From Magallana gigas (lineage: Eukaryota), in NCBI RefSeq assembly GCF_963853765.1, contig NC_088854.1, forward strand, positions 38,812,001 to 38,876,000: a stretch of 64,000 bases of DNA, read 5' to 3'. The translations under genes and the position numbers were made by a program. Shown here piece after piece: positions 24,269-38,752 of this stretch (the stretch's first letter is position 1; each line of letters begins with the position of its first letter). The notes beneath the pieces were generated by a model that worked only from the letters and a program-made list of their open reading frames with translations, had not been told where the DNA came from and ran no database searches.

Positions 24269-27200
24269 ATGGGCACTCGTCATTTGCCATTACTAGCATT
24301 GAGCAGCTGTCTCGGTAAGTCCAACTATTTGTTTATGGTAAAGGAACCATAGAGGTAGGTTATTTGTTATAGATGACATACTTCTTCATACTTTGTTATT
24401 CAAGAACAATACATTTGCATATCTAACTATTGTTAGTAGCGTCTCAATCTACATCTATATTAACAACCTCATACTCGATTTATAAGAAATCATTCTTTGA
24501 GTATTATGAGGTGATAATTTCGGTCGGGGCGTGATCAAATCCAATAAAGCCCGAAGGGCTTTATGATAGATTCGATCATGCCCCGATCGAAATTATCACC
24601 TCATAATATTCAAAGAATGATTCCTTATTACTTATATTTATATAATTTTAAGCCATCGCATGATTAAATATTTAAATATAAATAAGCAAACCCCGTTGGT
24701 GCCTCAATTTGGCGTCATTTGTATTATGGGTTATATAGTACAAAATCGATACGTAGTGTTATCACAGGTAAAGACACTGGAAAATGTAAATATATGTAGT
24801 TACAAGACAAATTGAGACCAAAAAACATCCTTCTCCGGAAGACACGTAATTTATAGTTTACCATTAGGATGCTACCGTAGTAATGTATGGATTCACAGAT
24901 AGGCCAAAATTTCACGACAGGTCAAGAATAAATTCACAGACATGTACATATGTTTTAATTGCATATCATATATGCTAATGAATTCGAACTGCTTTCTTGA
25001 AATTAGATTGTGTTGTATTTTCATAACGGGTGTCAATTGTTGTTTTACTTAATCCTTTTTCGCTAGCGTCCTTGGATATGTGTAACGTTTGTTACCTGGA
25101 ATATGCGTGCTCAAATCTAAGGAAGAAAATGTTGCGAACAATGCACTAGTACTCTGACCAATTCGAATTTTGGACGATAGAACGTGTGATCATTTTTAAC
25201 AAGAGTACAGTAATCCATTGCACAGAATACAACTTTCAATTCAAATTATATATGGTTGCAAATCACATTTCATAGACTAATGTAGCTCTAGAACTTAGTA
25301 TGTGTTTAAAATGCATATGGTGCAAAGGCCTATTGGTTTTAATCGTTGATCATAATTTCAATTAAATACCGAATATGAAATAATACAAAATCAAATTTCC
25401 AACATTAAAGTTGATTTGAATACAATTTAACACATACGGAGGAAACAAATCAAAGTTGTTTTTTTTTTATATCAAACCTCAACTTAAACAGGAGGCCAGT
25501 TGGCCTTAACAGTCACCTGAGAAGCATATGACCCATACACAACCTTGTCGAGGAGTCTCATATATGCATTTGCATTTTAATTAATTAATTAGGTTTCATT
25601 CTGGAGTAGAAAAATTATAAATTTGTAATGACAACCACCTCCCTGCCTGAAATCTTTAAAAAAGAACTGTGAAACCTATATTTTTGGCGAAAAACTTAAA
25701 GATCTGGTATACAAAATAATGAATTCAGTTTTCCTTTCAGGTGTGTGGGAGTAAAGAAGATAATTTTTAACATTATATGCATTAACACTTATACATTCAT
25801 TTTGGCCCTGCCCTAGAGTCAAAACCCATACTCCAGGGGACATGAAAATTAAAATTTCAGTAGAGGACTTCCTGGTAAACATAATTATAAGTCAGTTTTT
25901 TATACAGGTGTGTGAGAATAGAGAACATATTTAAACATTATATGTATTAACACTATATTGCCATATTGCCCCCCCCCCTTCTCATGTCCTGAAGCCCTGA
26001 CCCAGGGGCGATGATTTTCACAATTTAGGTAGAGGAGTTAGTAGACATCATAACCATGTATTCAGCTTTTTTGCCCACATGTGTGGGAGTAGAGAAGAAA
26101 ATTTTTTAAGATTTAAAACATTTTTACTATGTGGCCATATTGGCCCCACCGTAGAGCCTGAACCCCTAACAAAGGGGTCATGAATTTCACAATTTTGGTA
26201 GAGGGCTTCATGAATATCATCACCAGGCATTTTGTTTTTAACAAATATATATTGGAGTAGAAAAGAAGATTTTCAAAGATTTATTTCATATTTACTATAT
26301 GGCCATATTGGCCCCACCCTAGAGCCTGAACCCCTGACACAGGGGTCATGAATTTCACAATTTAAGTAAAAGGCCTCATGGACATCATAATCATGCATTT
26401 AGTTTTAAACAAATTTATATGGTAGTAGAGAAGAAGATTTTCTAAAATTTAATATATTTTTACTACATGGCCATATTGGCCCCACCCTAGAGCCTGAACC
26501 CCTGATATAGGGGTCATGAATTTCACAATTTAAGTAGGAGGCCTCAAGGAAATCATAATCGTGCATTACACCAAAAATAGTAACAACCAGCCTTGTAGTT
26601 TTTAAGAAGTTAAAAAATGTAAAATTGTTAACGCATGACGACGGACGAAAACTATTAGCAATAGCTATAGGTCACCTGAGTTTACTCAGGTGACTTAAAA
26701 AGCCTAGGTGTTTATAGACATCTTTTGGCTGGTGCTCAAAACAATGAGTCATCATTTTAATATTGATTATTTTATTGCACAAAATATCATTGTTATTATC
26801 TTTTAATATGCACACATGTCCTATTTATCCCACCTGACTTTGTAGTGATTGCAGTACATGCTAAAGATCCTTGCGCTCAAGGTAATCATCAATTGATCGG
26901 TGAGCTCCATCGGAGCACCCAGTTCCAGCCGGAACCGACGGATCGCCTTCTATGTGATGACGGATTACGAGCAGGATGGTACGTGTTCAACAATAATGAC
27001 GAGATGCCGACGTCATGCGTGACCCAGTATCACTGTGGGACCCACTACCCACTGTGGATGCAAGGCACACACCCTTCCCTGGCCGATGGAATTGTTCCGA
27101 GAAAAGCTTGCTCCAATATCCATGGCAGCACAAGCCAAACTTGTTGCGACTTTTCACTAGACATTCAGGTGAAGAACTGTGGTACATTTTATGTGTATAA

Positions 27201-27455
27201 TCTCCAAACTGTCCCAGCATGTTCCATGGCTTACTGCGCAGGTATTTAGTATTCCATTAAACCATTGTAAAAAATATATATTGGGGTCAATTACATGGAT
27301 TGACCTATTCGCAAATTTTAGTTGGGAAGTAATTTCGTAAATTTGCTTCTATGCATACAAAAATAAATACTGTGTTTCATAATTTAACTTTTAAGGAAAT
27401 AAGAGGGTTTGCGATCTTGGAGGACAGGTAGCAACTGGGGGAAATTGCCCAGGTA

Positions 27456-27500
<45 letters not shown>

Positions 27501-30500
27501 GAATTCAATGGTCATTACGAGTATTTTGATATTTTATTTACCATCTTTTAATAAATGATTTACTTTAAATCACAACGTGTTTCATTGGGGACGGAAGTCA
27601 TCGGATGGTTAGATGATTAAAAAAGGACAGTCTATTGTTCATTATATAAATTATATTATGCTTTTTTAAAAGTAAAATTATCAATTGATTACCACCCTGT
27701 TCTGTTGCCTTATCCATTATTATTAAACGATGCTTCCTTGGTTATTATAACCCAAAACTCACAGAACTCTGCTATACTTAATGTTGTGCCCACTATAGCC
27801 CACGAGCCTCTGTGTTTTTACACTCTGTTTCATTTATCTAGATCACTATCCAAAATTAACGTCAACGCCCGTTCTTTCCAAACCGGAAGTAACGTTAACA
27901 GAGGTTCGATTTTCGTGCAAAATTGACTACCCTCTCGGACAACCAGACGTTGGATTTGTAGTAACTTGGACTGTGGACGGTCAGGAGTTGAACAGTACTG
28001 GCCAACCTCTGCAGACAACATTATTAGGGGATTCCAGAATCGCTTATTTAAACGCCGCAAAACTGAAAGGAAATTTAGGAAAAGAAGTTGGTATCATTTC
28101 TTCAAATCGCCATTTTTTGTGAAAAAGTTCTTACTTTAATATTAACCATTTTGATCAATTGAGGAGTCTTTAGATTTTCGCCGACATATTGTTTATTTTC
28201 ATTTCAACGAGACTTTCTTGAAGTATACGGAACAATGTTTCATGGTAATGCTCAAATGCTATTTCATTTAAAGGTTTACGTGGCGTATTTGGAGTAAAAT
28301 TTTTGACATGAGTTTGAGTAAAAATATACATCATGATTTTTATTATGAGACGCTTTACAAAATCTAGGCCCATAAAGCATATTCTGTCTTTAGTTATTTA
28401 TCTCTAAACTTTAATGCACGTCTGATGAATATTAATGTGATCCGCCATTTATAACGCTACTGCGCAACACGATGAAAGAACAGTTTGTTTACAAATTAGA
28501 ATCACGTTTTTCATGTCTTCAATTGGATAATTCCTATATCATATGGGTATAGTCCACTAAAAAAGTGAAAGTAGAGGGACTATTTTGCTTAAAGGCACTA
28601 CTTTGTTGTCCTACCGATTCTAAAAATAGTTAGAGGGATATACCCAGATGATACTCGAATCATTCTAATTCCGATACTCATTAATGTAGAACGATAAAAA
28701 TTGTTAATTAAGTTGTTAGTTAAGTAATGAAGCAAATAATCAGATGTTATTATTGTTATTCACGAACAATACGCCACATATAACTTTAGAACAGATTGAC
28801 CGATGGCGACAACCCACACCCTTTGCAATTTTAATGAAGCCCTTTGTTTTTAATAAAATGTATTCGAGTCCAAATTAATCTTTATAAATACGAATTTATT
28901 ATTTATTGTTCTATACTTTGGGAAAAAATTTGCTCGAGATGATATGGAGGACATGTCTAAATTGTCTAATACAGATCAATTACAATAAAACAATCATTGA
29001 TACACGCTGTACTGTAATTTATGTAAAACTTACTCGAAGATTCGGACGGATAAATTCATAGGTGTTTTCTCCTGTTATTTGTATAGTTGAAGTGCAGTGT
29101 CCGGTCCTTCCACCCATCGAAAGGGAAGGGTTTGATGAGTATTGCTCTTACCAGTAGAGGATATTGGGCAGGCATTAGGGTAAATGACTCTGAATATATT
29201 TATCAGTGCGTCAAAATCAGTGTTGGTTTACGAATTTTGCCATTCTAAATCATTCAATACTCATTTCATAGAAGAAATGGAGAAAGTAAGAGTAAATTTG
29301 TCATTACTGCATCTGTCAATTCGTGAGTGACTTTTCAATAGGTTACCCCTTTTGGCAAAATCAATCTAGATGAAGGTGGGCCAGAGAGAACAGTCACGTT
29401 AGAATCCACCATACCACTACTTTGTAAAGACATGTATGCTCCTTCTGAATGCAATCTGCCAGTCAAACTTGCTGCTCTGAATAGTTCTACGGGTACTTTC
29501 TTCGATTTCTTTTTTACAACAGGCTATTTACCAGCAATTATTTATGGAATTTTTATATGCGACAACCAGCTCTGTCGGATGTCAGCTTCTAATTCTGTAG
29601 CTTACTACCGCTGCAAACAGCTTCCTTGTATGTTGGCTAAGTAAACGTAAACCGCCTTTACTTGGCATACGAAATTAAAGATACGAGATTTTTCTCTAAG
29701 AAGAGGCTGGTTTTAAGTGAGCTACTTTTACTCTATTTCGTTTTAACCTGCACTAAGAAAGCAGTGTGCAGTTTGCAGGACACCATTAACAGCTAATTAA
29801 TGGTAGTAATTTAGATGTTGGCATTTAACAGATGCCTGTCGTACATGGAAATTAGGATTTTTCTATTTTCAACAATCTGTTTCGGAGACTTTTTAGTCAT
29901 TTTGTAAAAAATAACTTTAATTTGTTTGTTTTACAGATATTTCTCTGTCCGACTGTCACTATTACCTCAGGTTGGATAATGCTACAGGTACATATAAGAC
30001 ATCCTTCAAGGTTAAAGCCACACGGGATTTTATCAAAGATAATAACTTTGTTCAGGAAATTGCATTCCAACCAATCAGAATGCTATTTAATAATGAGATG
30101 TGGAACAACTATACACCAAACCCTATAATGGTATGAATTATTCTTTTGTTTTAAAAATTCTATCTTTAGATAAACATCCCCTAATTTTTCTGCAACCTTT
30201 ATATGACTTTAATATTCGTCAGGAGTTAAAACACACATTACAAACTATTATTTTTCAGGATTTTATGTTTCTGCCTATATTCAATGCAGAACTATGCAGA
30301 ATCTTTCTTTAGTAGTTTTCTATTAAATATTTTGATGTAGAGCTGTCGTCAAAATCATGAGGTGCTACTTTACGATGAACATTTTTCTTAATCAAAATAA
30401 ATGTTTTTTCTATATTTAAATTCCCCATGTGCTTTGAAGGGTTATTTCTTTTTCAGATTGGCACAACGGACAAGGATCACGGTCATTGTCTTCTGTGGGG

Positions 30501-33500
30501 AGATCCACATTTTACCGGTTTTGATTACAAAAAGTGAGTAAAGTTCCACATCATTATATATCATTATGTTTCTCAAAAAAAGTATTCAAACCAAGAAATA
30601 TCAATTTTTTTTATTGATTGGCTATATTGATTGGCACAGTATTTTTATCAGTGGCTAACAATTGTTTGTCTATATCAGAAATTACAACGTCTATGAAGTT
30701 GGTGACATGGTAATGTACAAATCTAAAAACCAAAAGAGACCTTTTGAGGTAAAGAATACGTGGTAGGTTAAAAGTTGTTTATATGTAGCTCATCATGCAA
30801 CATTACCTAACATCAAAATGAATAATTATCACAACAATTGTTTTAAGGTTCAAATCAGGACATGGCCTTGTGGAAGCTATCACCCCTGCGCCTGCGCAGT
30901 TATTGCAAGAGAAGGAAACGATGTCATTGAAATTGACATGTGCGAAAAAAGAAAAGATGTTGTCGAGGCTCCGAGTGTTTCCTACCCATCCGGACATCCT
31001 CTGGAGGGAACCACCGTCAGCAGAAATGAAACTGGGAAAATATTTTACGTAAGGTTTTTTTAAAGGGACATATTAACGATTTTGTCCAAATTTTATTTTT
31101 ATTGTATACAATGCTTACATTGTAAAAAACAAAATAAGTCAACATACATGATATTGGATTTTTTTGTTGTTTTGGGGGTTTTTTTTTAATATTTGGTTTT
31201 ATTAAATATATTTTTTTGGTGTCATTGAATAGATCAATTTCCCATCCGGAGCTAGAATAAAGGTGGATGCCTCTCATGCATATAACGGTGCACACCATCA
31301 TACAACAGAATACTCGCCCTATATGAATATAGATGTCCAGGCTCCCCCAGACGATTTTGGTTCGAGTGAGGGTCTTTGTGGGAATTGGAATGGGGATAGT
31401 TCGGATGATTTCATCGGAGGAGACAATATTCAATACCAATCATCGTCCGTTGCAAACTTCTCCAAAAGTTGGATGTTCGTTTGTTTCTTTTTGTGTTGTT
31501 TTTCTGTGGAAATTAAGAGAGAGCTGTAACTACATGTAGATTTGCCTTTATTCCCCATATCTTGTTACAATCTTCTAGCCCAAAATCAAATTAGAAAACA
31601 AGCCTGAAACCTTGAAAAGCCCTGAACCCATGTTAACATTATGCTAATGTTTTTTTTCTCCATTTTTACTCTAGTTTGTAACATTTATAGGCTACCAGCT
31701 AATACAAGTATGTTTCACCAAGTCCCTAAGTATGAACAACATCTAGCTCCCAAATTTGAATATTGTTCCTGCAAGCAAGGACGTGTCGATTGTACAAAAA
31801 TAGGCAAAGGTGCCATCAACCCTAGCAAGGTTAGTTAGAAAGGTCACAAAGTCTAAAATATAACCAAATTTTAGAAGAAAAAAAATATATTCGTGAGAAA
31901 TATGATTGCATTTTCCATAGATTTTGATTTCGATAATTTGTTCTTGCTTTCTTCACACGATTTTAGCCAAGGGACGGATCAATTATAAGTGATAAAAACA
32001 AACATCCTCGTCGATCAGCCCATGCCTACACAGACCACTATCCTGACAGGGATATTCCTGTAGATCCAAGGGTGGCAGCAAGTATATACGAGATATTTTT
32101 TCACTCTCTTATATCATTGCAATTCTTTTTCTTTTTTTATTATCAAGGTATAGTGGTTTCATCAATATTCGTTGAATACCAATTTTCGTGGATTTCGTTG
32201 TTTAGTTGATCCACGAAATTAAATGTTCATCGAAGTGCAATTTCTATTAACATTTTGTATTGATAGTGTCATTGGCCACGAATTTACCTATCCTTGAAAT
32301 GTGATTTCCACTTCATCCACGAAAATTGATACCCTTGAATATTAATGAAACCATAGTATGTTGGATTTTGGTTCTTACTAGTACAGGATGTATGTCCTAA
32401 AGGGAAGTCTGTGAATCTACATGTGTATGAAAATTCTTAACCACCGAAGCAGTCTCAATTCATATTTCCTCTCTGTTTACGCAAATGTTAAAATAAGATA
32501 TGGACAAATACATGTATTTAAATACTTAATTTAAAACGGTTTTCCATAAACAGAGAGACTGAAGAGAAATGCAGCAGCGATGTTTCCGACTCCCTCTGGA
32601 ATAACAGAACATCAAGCAAGAACTGCTTGTTCCAGAAGTATTGCCAAATCCTCGCTCCATTCTCATTGCCAACACACAACAATCCTTTCAAATATAGTGG
32701 ATGGTTGTGTTGAAGACATAAAAGTAATTTAAAAGTTAAAACAATGGAATGTCAGTAACATGTAGCAATGCTGTGTATAAGTGTACTGTTTAGCCGTTAT
32801 AACAGGTTTCTGGTTTTGTAGTTGGTGCTTCCTGCTTTAAATTAGACATTCGCATGAAGAAATGCAAAATAAATAGCGTATCTTTCTAATATCTAGCTGT
32901 CTCAAATACATGCATAATATTACGAATAATAAGCCCACTGTATTCTTAAAAGTCATTAAAGTGCCAACCATTCGTTTAATCTGAAGGTCTTCAATGTCTT
33001 TGTTGACACAAGTTCGCGGCCAAGAAATTGAAAAATGTCAAGAAAATCAAACTGAGAAAATATAATAATATTTCTTTTAACAGTACTCTGATAGTGTAGA
33101 AACCTTCGAGCTAGCCCACATGAATGCTTTTGATAGTATCTGTTACAACGAGCTGGCAAAGGATCCTAGAAATATTGAGTATGTTAATGGAAACCCAGTC
33201 GTGAGTTCGTCAATCATGACCTGTCCCAACCAATGCTCCAAACATGGGAGGTGTATCGGTACCACGTGCCACTGTGACCATGGCTTCACTTCAGCTGATT
33301 GCTCGATCAAAATAGGTGTTGCGCCAACCATTCATAGAATAAGGGGGTAAGGTTGTAGTGTGTTTTTGTTATCGTTCTTGGTGGTGTTAATTGTAAACTT
33401 AAGGTGACTTTAGAACTCTTAAATGTCATTCAAATCGACAAGCAGATGTTCTTGTTACATCAATCTTAAAAACATTATAATAATTTTTAAAAGGAAGTGG

Positions 33501-36017
33501 GGTGTAAGGTTTTCTTTTTAAAAAGGCTGATGAAACTGTTTTTTAATCATAATCTTATCCATTATTCATAGTTAAGTTAGTATATGTGAATTATTATCGT
33601 TCATTTGAAGTTGTGATGCTAGATTATTTTTTTTATAGACATTTTGTTGAACATTACTGCAAAAATAAGGTGGTATGGTTGTACCTAATTGTTTACCATG
33701 AACGTTCATTGTGACCCGGATTTATTGCAGGGATGGACATTGCGATATCAGAAAGCGTCCTTGTCGCCAGGCCAATGTTATTGTTGACAACATCATGGAT
33801 TCCTCCCTTTTAGCTTGTAGAATTACACCCCTCAATGTAATTGTTTCCCCAATAATGTTGACGTAATATAACTTGCAAAATGAATCAAAGAAAACAACAC
33901 GTGAATGAAATATGACGAATAAATAAATAATGTGTGTAATAACTGTAATTTCGGTTTTGTGTTTAGCTCTCAGATGGCGTCCCAGTTGCTTCTGGTATTT
34001 CTGTGACGTATAAAGCAGAATTTCTGAGTTTCTTAGAAGTGCAATGTCCAATTCCGGAACACAATGTTATGAAAGGTTGTTTTCATTTTTTTACTAATTG
34101 TTTTCATTTTACGCAATGTCTTAATAAGACATAATGTATTCGCGGTGGTTTATTAGTCTTTCAAAAGGCGACTGTTAAAGTAAATTTGACCATTTTAATC
34201 TCAAATGCTCAGTCGAATATTCCGGACCCGATTGGAGAAATAATCGAATCTTTTTAAATTTGTTTTAAACTACATGTATGTGTGTTTATGTTAAAACAGG
34301 TTTACCGTAATCTGTATTACGTCTTTAAAAATCAAATAAGTTTATAATATCTGCATTACTCGAGAACAAGTAAAAAAAAACTTGTTTTAAAGATAAGTGA
34401 TGCATGTACTTAATTAGTTCTGTGGCATGTATTGGCGTTAAGAGAAAAAGGAAGACGCCAAATAAGTTTTGTTTTTTAGATGAAATAATTTTAAAATCTT
34501 TATTTGATTAAAACAAAATTTAATATAATTTTTAAGAGCACATTTTGACAAACGTGTACAATTGATGGTTACATACACGTAAATCATGTCTTATCTAATT
34601 ATATTTGTAGGTCTAAGCAAAATAGGCTTTAAAATCTCCATAACTTCAGACGGTCAACATTACAGCCAGGATGCACTGTTTATTGTGTCTGATGGTTACT
34701 GTACCACGTGTACAGCTTCTGGGGTGTGTACACAAAAGGTATGGAATAAACATATTTTAATAGACATACCATCTTAGTACTATAAGGTAATCAAATACGG
34801 TCGAAAGTAATCATATACAATAATGCTTGAAGGACTGTTATGATATATTCGAATATTGTCCATCGTATTTATTCAAAGAATGATTCTTTTTTTATCGTAT
34901 TATTTTATCTATTTATCTTGATTCTGAATTATAATTTTCAGCAATTGTAAGCTCACCTAAAACAAAGGTTCTTGAAAGTGACCTTTTTCTGATCAAATGT
35001 TGTCCGTTTACTGTCGTTGTTGGCGTTGTCGTTGTTGTAAACTTTTCACATTTTCATCTTTTCCAGAACCATTTTAAACTTGACACAAAGCATCCTTGTA
35101 GAAAGGGAACTCAATTTTTTTTCAAATGATTGGTCATTTCTTCTTCAAAGGGGAGAGATTTTTTTAAAAGGGAAAATAGTGTTGGGTGTTTTCAAAATCA
35201 TCTCCTCCAGAACCACTGGGTCAATTTCAATCAAATTTGGTGCAAAGCATCCTTGGAGGAAGAGCATGCAAATTTGTTCAAGTTAAGGGCCAGATCATCT
35301 TCAGTGGGAAGATACTATTAAGTAAACTTTTTTAAGAGTTAATAAAGGATTAAATGTTTTAAACATCCTTTTCTCTAGAACAGCTGGACCAAATTCTGCC
35401 AACCTTGGCACATAGCATCCTTGGGGAAAGGCTTCCAAATTTATTTTTAAAAAGGGTCATTTCTTCTTCAAAGAGGAAATAATTTTATGAGAATAGATGT
35501 TGTGTGTTTAAAAAGGTTTCTGCTCCAGAGCCATTGAGCTGATTTAATTTAAACTTGGTACAAAGCATTCTTGGTAGAAGAGTGTTAAAGTAAAAGGCTA
35601 GATCTTTGTCCTGGATAAGATAATTAGAGAAGACTTAAATTAGGGTTGTGTGTTTTTAAATTCTTCTTCTCCAGAAATACCTGTCTAATTTTAACCAAAC
35701 TTGGCACGGAACATCTTTTGGGGAAGGGCTTTCAAATGTGTTCAAGTGTAGAGCCATTTTTAAAGAATTTAAAGGGTATTATTGGTGAAAATAGATTAGA
35801 ATAAATCTATAATTCTCTAAGATCAGTCTTGTGTCTAAGACTGAATAGCCTGTCCTTAATTCCTAACGCTGCCAAAAGCTAATTTAAAGCTACGGCCAAT
35901 GTTACTCAATGTGGTCATTTGGGCCTTGTTAAAATATTCATTTATGAAATGTACTGTGCATTACAAAATCGATTCATGGTGTTATCACAGACAAAGACAC
36001 TGGAACACCCCCTCTCT

Positions 36018-36052
<35 letters not shown>

Positions 36053-36281
36053 AATCTACTCGTAAATTGGTAAATAATACAATGTAATACTTGTAAATGA
36101 CTTTAATATTTTATATATTTTGAAAATATGTTAACAATAAAGTATTATTCTCTCTTAAACAGCCCGATAGTTGTTTCATTGATGGTGTATGCTATCGTAG
36201 TGGAGACCAGAACGGGGACAACCAAGTATGTGACCCTGCGGTGTCTACAAATGACTGGAGTTTCATCAAATCTGTTCAAGG

Positions 36282-36332
<51 letters not shown>

Positions 36333-36569
36333 GAAATGATCTACTTGTATCTGAAATGATTAACATTTTTTTCCACAGAAATAGACCATTACACGGCGAC
36401 CTTCACCGGATGTCGCTGTCCGTACAACAACCATCTGTATGACTGCGCATGTTGTCAAAATGGCGGATGTCAGTGCGGGGAAGTCCAGCGTAACCAGTGT
36501 TATGACTGTTACAGCAAGGCTCTGTGCGGCTTATATCCAAATCTTTTCCCGTCACCAAATCAGCAGTGA
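24269..36569 (+). CDS. VWDE-like secreted protein, copy B, 20 exons, about 1036 aa, intact
   Basis: Exons: 24269-24314, 26846-27241, 27396-27452, 27842-28086, 29087-29179, 29342-29492, 29937-30130, 30457-30533, 30679-30748, 30848-31048, 31233-31474, 31691-31829, 31967-32081, 32554-32723, 33084-33346, 33731-33836, 33967-34075, 34611-34738, 36163-36280, 36379-36569. Same intron phases as copy A (3111 nt). Signal MGTRHLPLLALSSCLVIAVHA; CLLWGDPHFTGFD; RLKR; EGF CPNQCSKHGRCIGTTCHCDHGFTSADC. Confidence 0.9.
24481..24628. mobile_element. Near-perfect 148-bp palindromic element (centre aagccc-gaa-gggctt) with a unique tail
   Basis: Arms aagaaatcattctttgagtattatgaggtgataatttcggtcgggg / gccccgatcgaaattatcacctcataatattcaaagaatgattcctt; absent from the homologous intron 1 of copy C. 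Confidence 0.75.
25486..26700 (+). mobile_element. Helentron-type non-autonomous element with about five internal 166-170-bp tandem repeats
   Basis: Starts aaacaggaggcc; repeat units around ccatattggccccaccctagagcc (26137, 26303, 26472); 3' hairpin ggtcacctgagtttactcaggtgac then ttaaaa. The empty site is visible in copy C intron 1. Confidence 0.8.
27457..27500. repeat. Compound (GA)n(GACA)n microsatellite
   Basis: Directly after the exon-3 donor of copy B. Confidence 0.9.
32149..32358. mobile_element. MITE family 2 copy
   Basis: Ends tatagtggtttcatcaatatt / aatattaatgaaaccatagta. Confidence 0.75.
34945..35930 (-). mobile_element. Helentron-type element (reverse orientation) with about five Cg170-like satellite units
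   Basis: Units ccagaaccactgggtcaatttcaatcaaatttggtgcaaagcatccttgg at about 150-165-bp spacing; terminal gggccttgtt; gtcgttgttggcgttgtcg microsatellite near the other end. Confidence 0.75.
36017..36326. repeat. Two (CT)n microsatellites flanking exon 19 of copy B
   Basis: CT runs at 36017-36052 and 36284-36326. Confidence 0.9.
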
Positions 36570-38752
36570 CGTTGGTTTTTTCAGCTGATAATTATCACGA
36601 ACCATTAAAACCAATTTTGGTTGTTTATAATGTTTTGATGTAAATTTTTTGATATATATATATTTACCTCATCAATTATTGATTTTTATAAATTAAAACG
36701 TTATTGAAATACTTGTATTCTCAAGAATCGTTTTCTTTTATGGTCAACGTGTTTAACTTTTTATTATTATTTTTTTTTGGCTTTGTATATCTGTTACAAT
36801 AAAAATGTTTATATTCGGAATAATATTTTCCCAGTTATACATGTATAAGTAAATGGAACTTATCATGTGATCGATTCAATTCAAATGCTAAGCTACGTTT
36901 TAATATAAACTGGTTTTCTCCCACAATGTTACTAGTATTTGTTTACAGTGCGTCGTCTTTTATTTTTAATAATGAATATAATTATATTATGTACATCCAC
37001 TAAGATTTTTTACCTTTATGTCTTAAAAAAAAGTTATTGTAATTCACATCTCTATAAAAACTGACAGGACTGAACTATACACGAACCAGTTCTAACTGGT
37101 TTATCGAACCTTATAGCGGGGGAGAGTTTTTTATGCATATAATTGTGGGTTGGAGGTAACCCTATTTTACTTATGTGATGTGGAAAATTCATAATTTGCA
37201 CTTGGACTAATATGACTTGTAACTATCATTTCGACTTAAGAAAGGACATTAAGAGAAATTCACCCAAATTAATACTCATTTTGCACCATTCAAACCCCCA
37301 TCCTACCCCTCTCCCTGTATAAAGATGAACCCCGGGACAGGGTACAATTTGTAGCCTAAATGATCCTCCCTCCCAGTCTGTACCACATCACCTCCCATAA
37401 ATCTCATTTTGACACTATTTTACTTATCGTCTGTTCTACTTTCCTTTTGCATGAAAAGTAAGCACACCTTTCAAAAGTCGCCGTTTCGTATCTATCTCCC
37501 AAACATTCCCTTATAACACTATGGGACCTACATGCTTTACGGCAAAATACAGAAATGACTTCATGCTACCATAAAATTATCACTTATAATCAAATAACCA
37601 ATTTTCATAGTACATACAGACCCTCAAATACAGTTACACTCATTTTTAATAAAACATTGACGGTTAACGTTTTTGCGAAAATGCCCCATGCTACCTAAGA
37701 AAAATCACAGACTAATCGGGATAATGTCGGGCTCAAATTTCCATAAAAGACGATTTGGCTATTTCTTTTAACTAACGTAGTAATGTATATTATCGCAAAT
37801 CTCGCTTGAAAGTATATTAAACTAGGGCCGATATTTTAATATGTGTGTATTACAACAGCTTTTGGCAACAACGATTCTGTTCATGCTAATTGGCGCATTT
37901 TAAAAGACCTGCCCATATATCAAATGCATGTTGACAGCATGATGCCGAACACGTCAGAGAAAGAAAACTTTTAATAAAGTTTTACTTACAAGTTAAGAAT
38001 CACAGAGTAGTCAAGGAGAACAAACAGGGCGATGTGAGAGTGCATGATTATGAAAAAAAGTACATGTAAAATTGATGATTATGAAAAAAAGTCACAAAGA
38101 GAAAAGGGTTTTTTTATTAGAAGGGACGGGTGCATAATACATCGTAGTCACACAGATTGTTATTCGCTGATCGAATAACATTTTGCAATTTAATACATAA
38201 AAATTCGTCGGAAACTGTTAATAAAAAAAATAATAAAGTATATGCTACGTTATCGTTCACAATGTACATGTACCATATGCGAAATATCGCACGTCAAGTT
38301 GAACAGACTGTTGAAATAGTATTTGATTTATATTTTTCTATCTAAATAATTATGAACGGTTTGTCTTTCTCAAACGTTAATATAAGTAATAAACATCAAT
38401 TTTAAAAAGTCCATAGGGATAGGAACTTGGTTTGATACGTGATCAAATCTTCTGAGAGGCAAAATTGCTTGCTATGAAAACGGATGACTTAATAATCAAA
38501 GTAATTTATGAAGTAAATTCGTCTTCATATTTCTCTTTTATAAAAGAGAATTTATTTATAGGAATAAATCTTATAGCTAAAGAATTTATGCTCGTAAAAA
38601 CGGGTTTAGACCATGGAAAAAAATTAAATTAGAGCGCATGCCTTAAGTCCTTGATCCTTTGAGATATATTGCACTTTCACGGAATAGCTTCGAAGGGAAA
38701 TATTCAAATGCTGCCAAATGCTTATCTGAAAGAACGAAGTGCATTAGTGGCA

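Noticed and set aside
25800-26560. CRISPR-like regularly spaced repeats
   Set aside because: The units are about 166-170-bp tandem satellite monomers inside a Helentron with no unique spacers; the context is eukaryotic.
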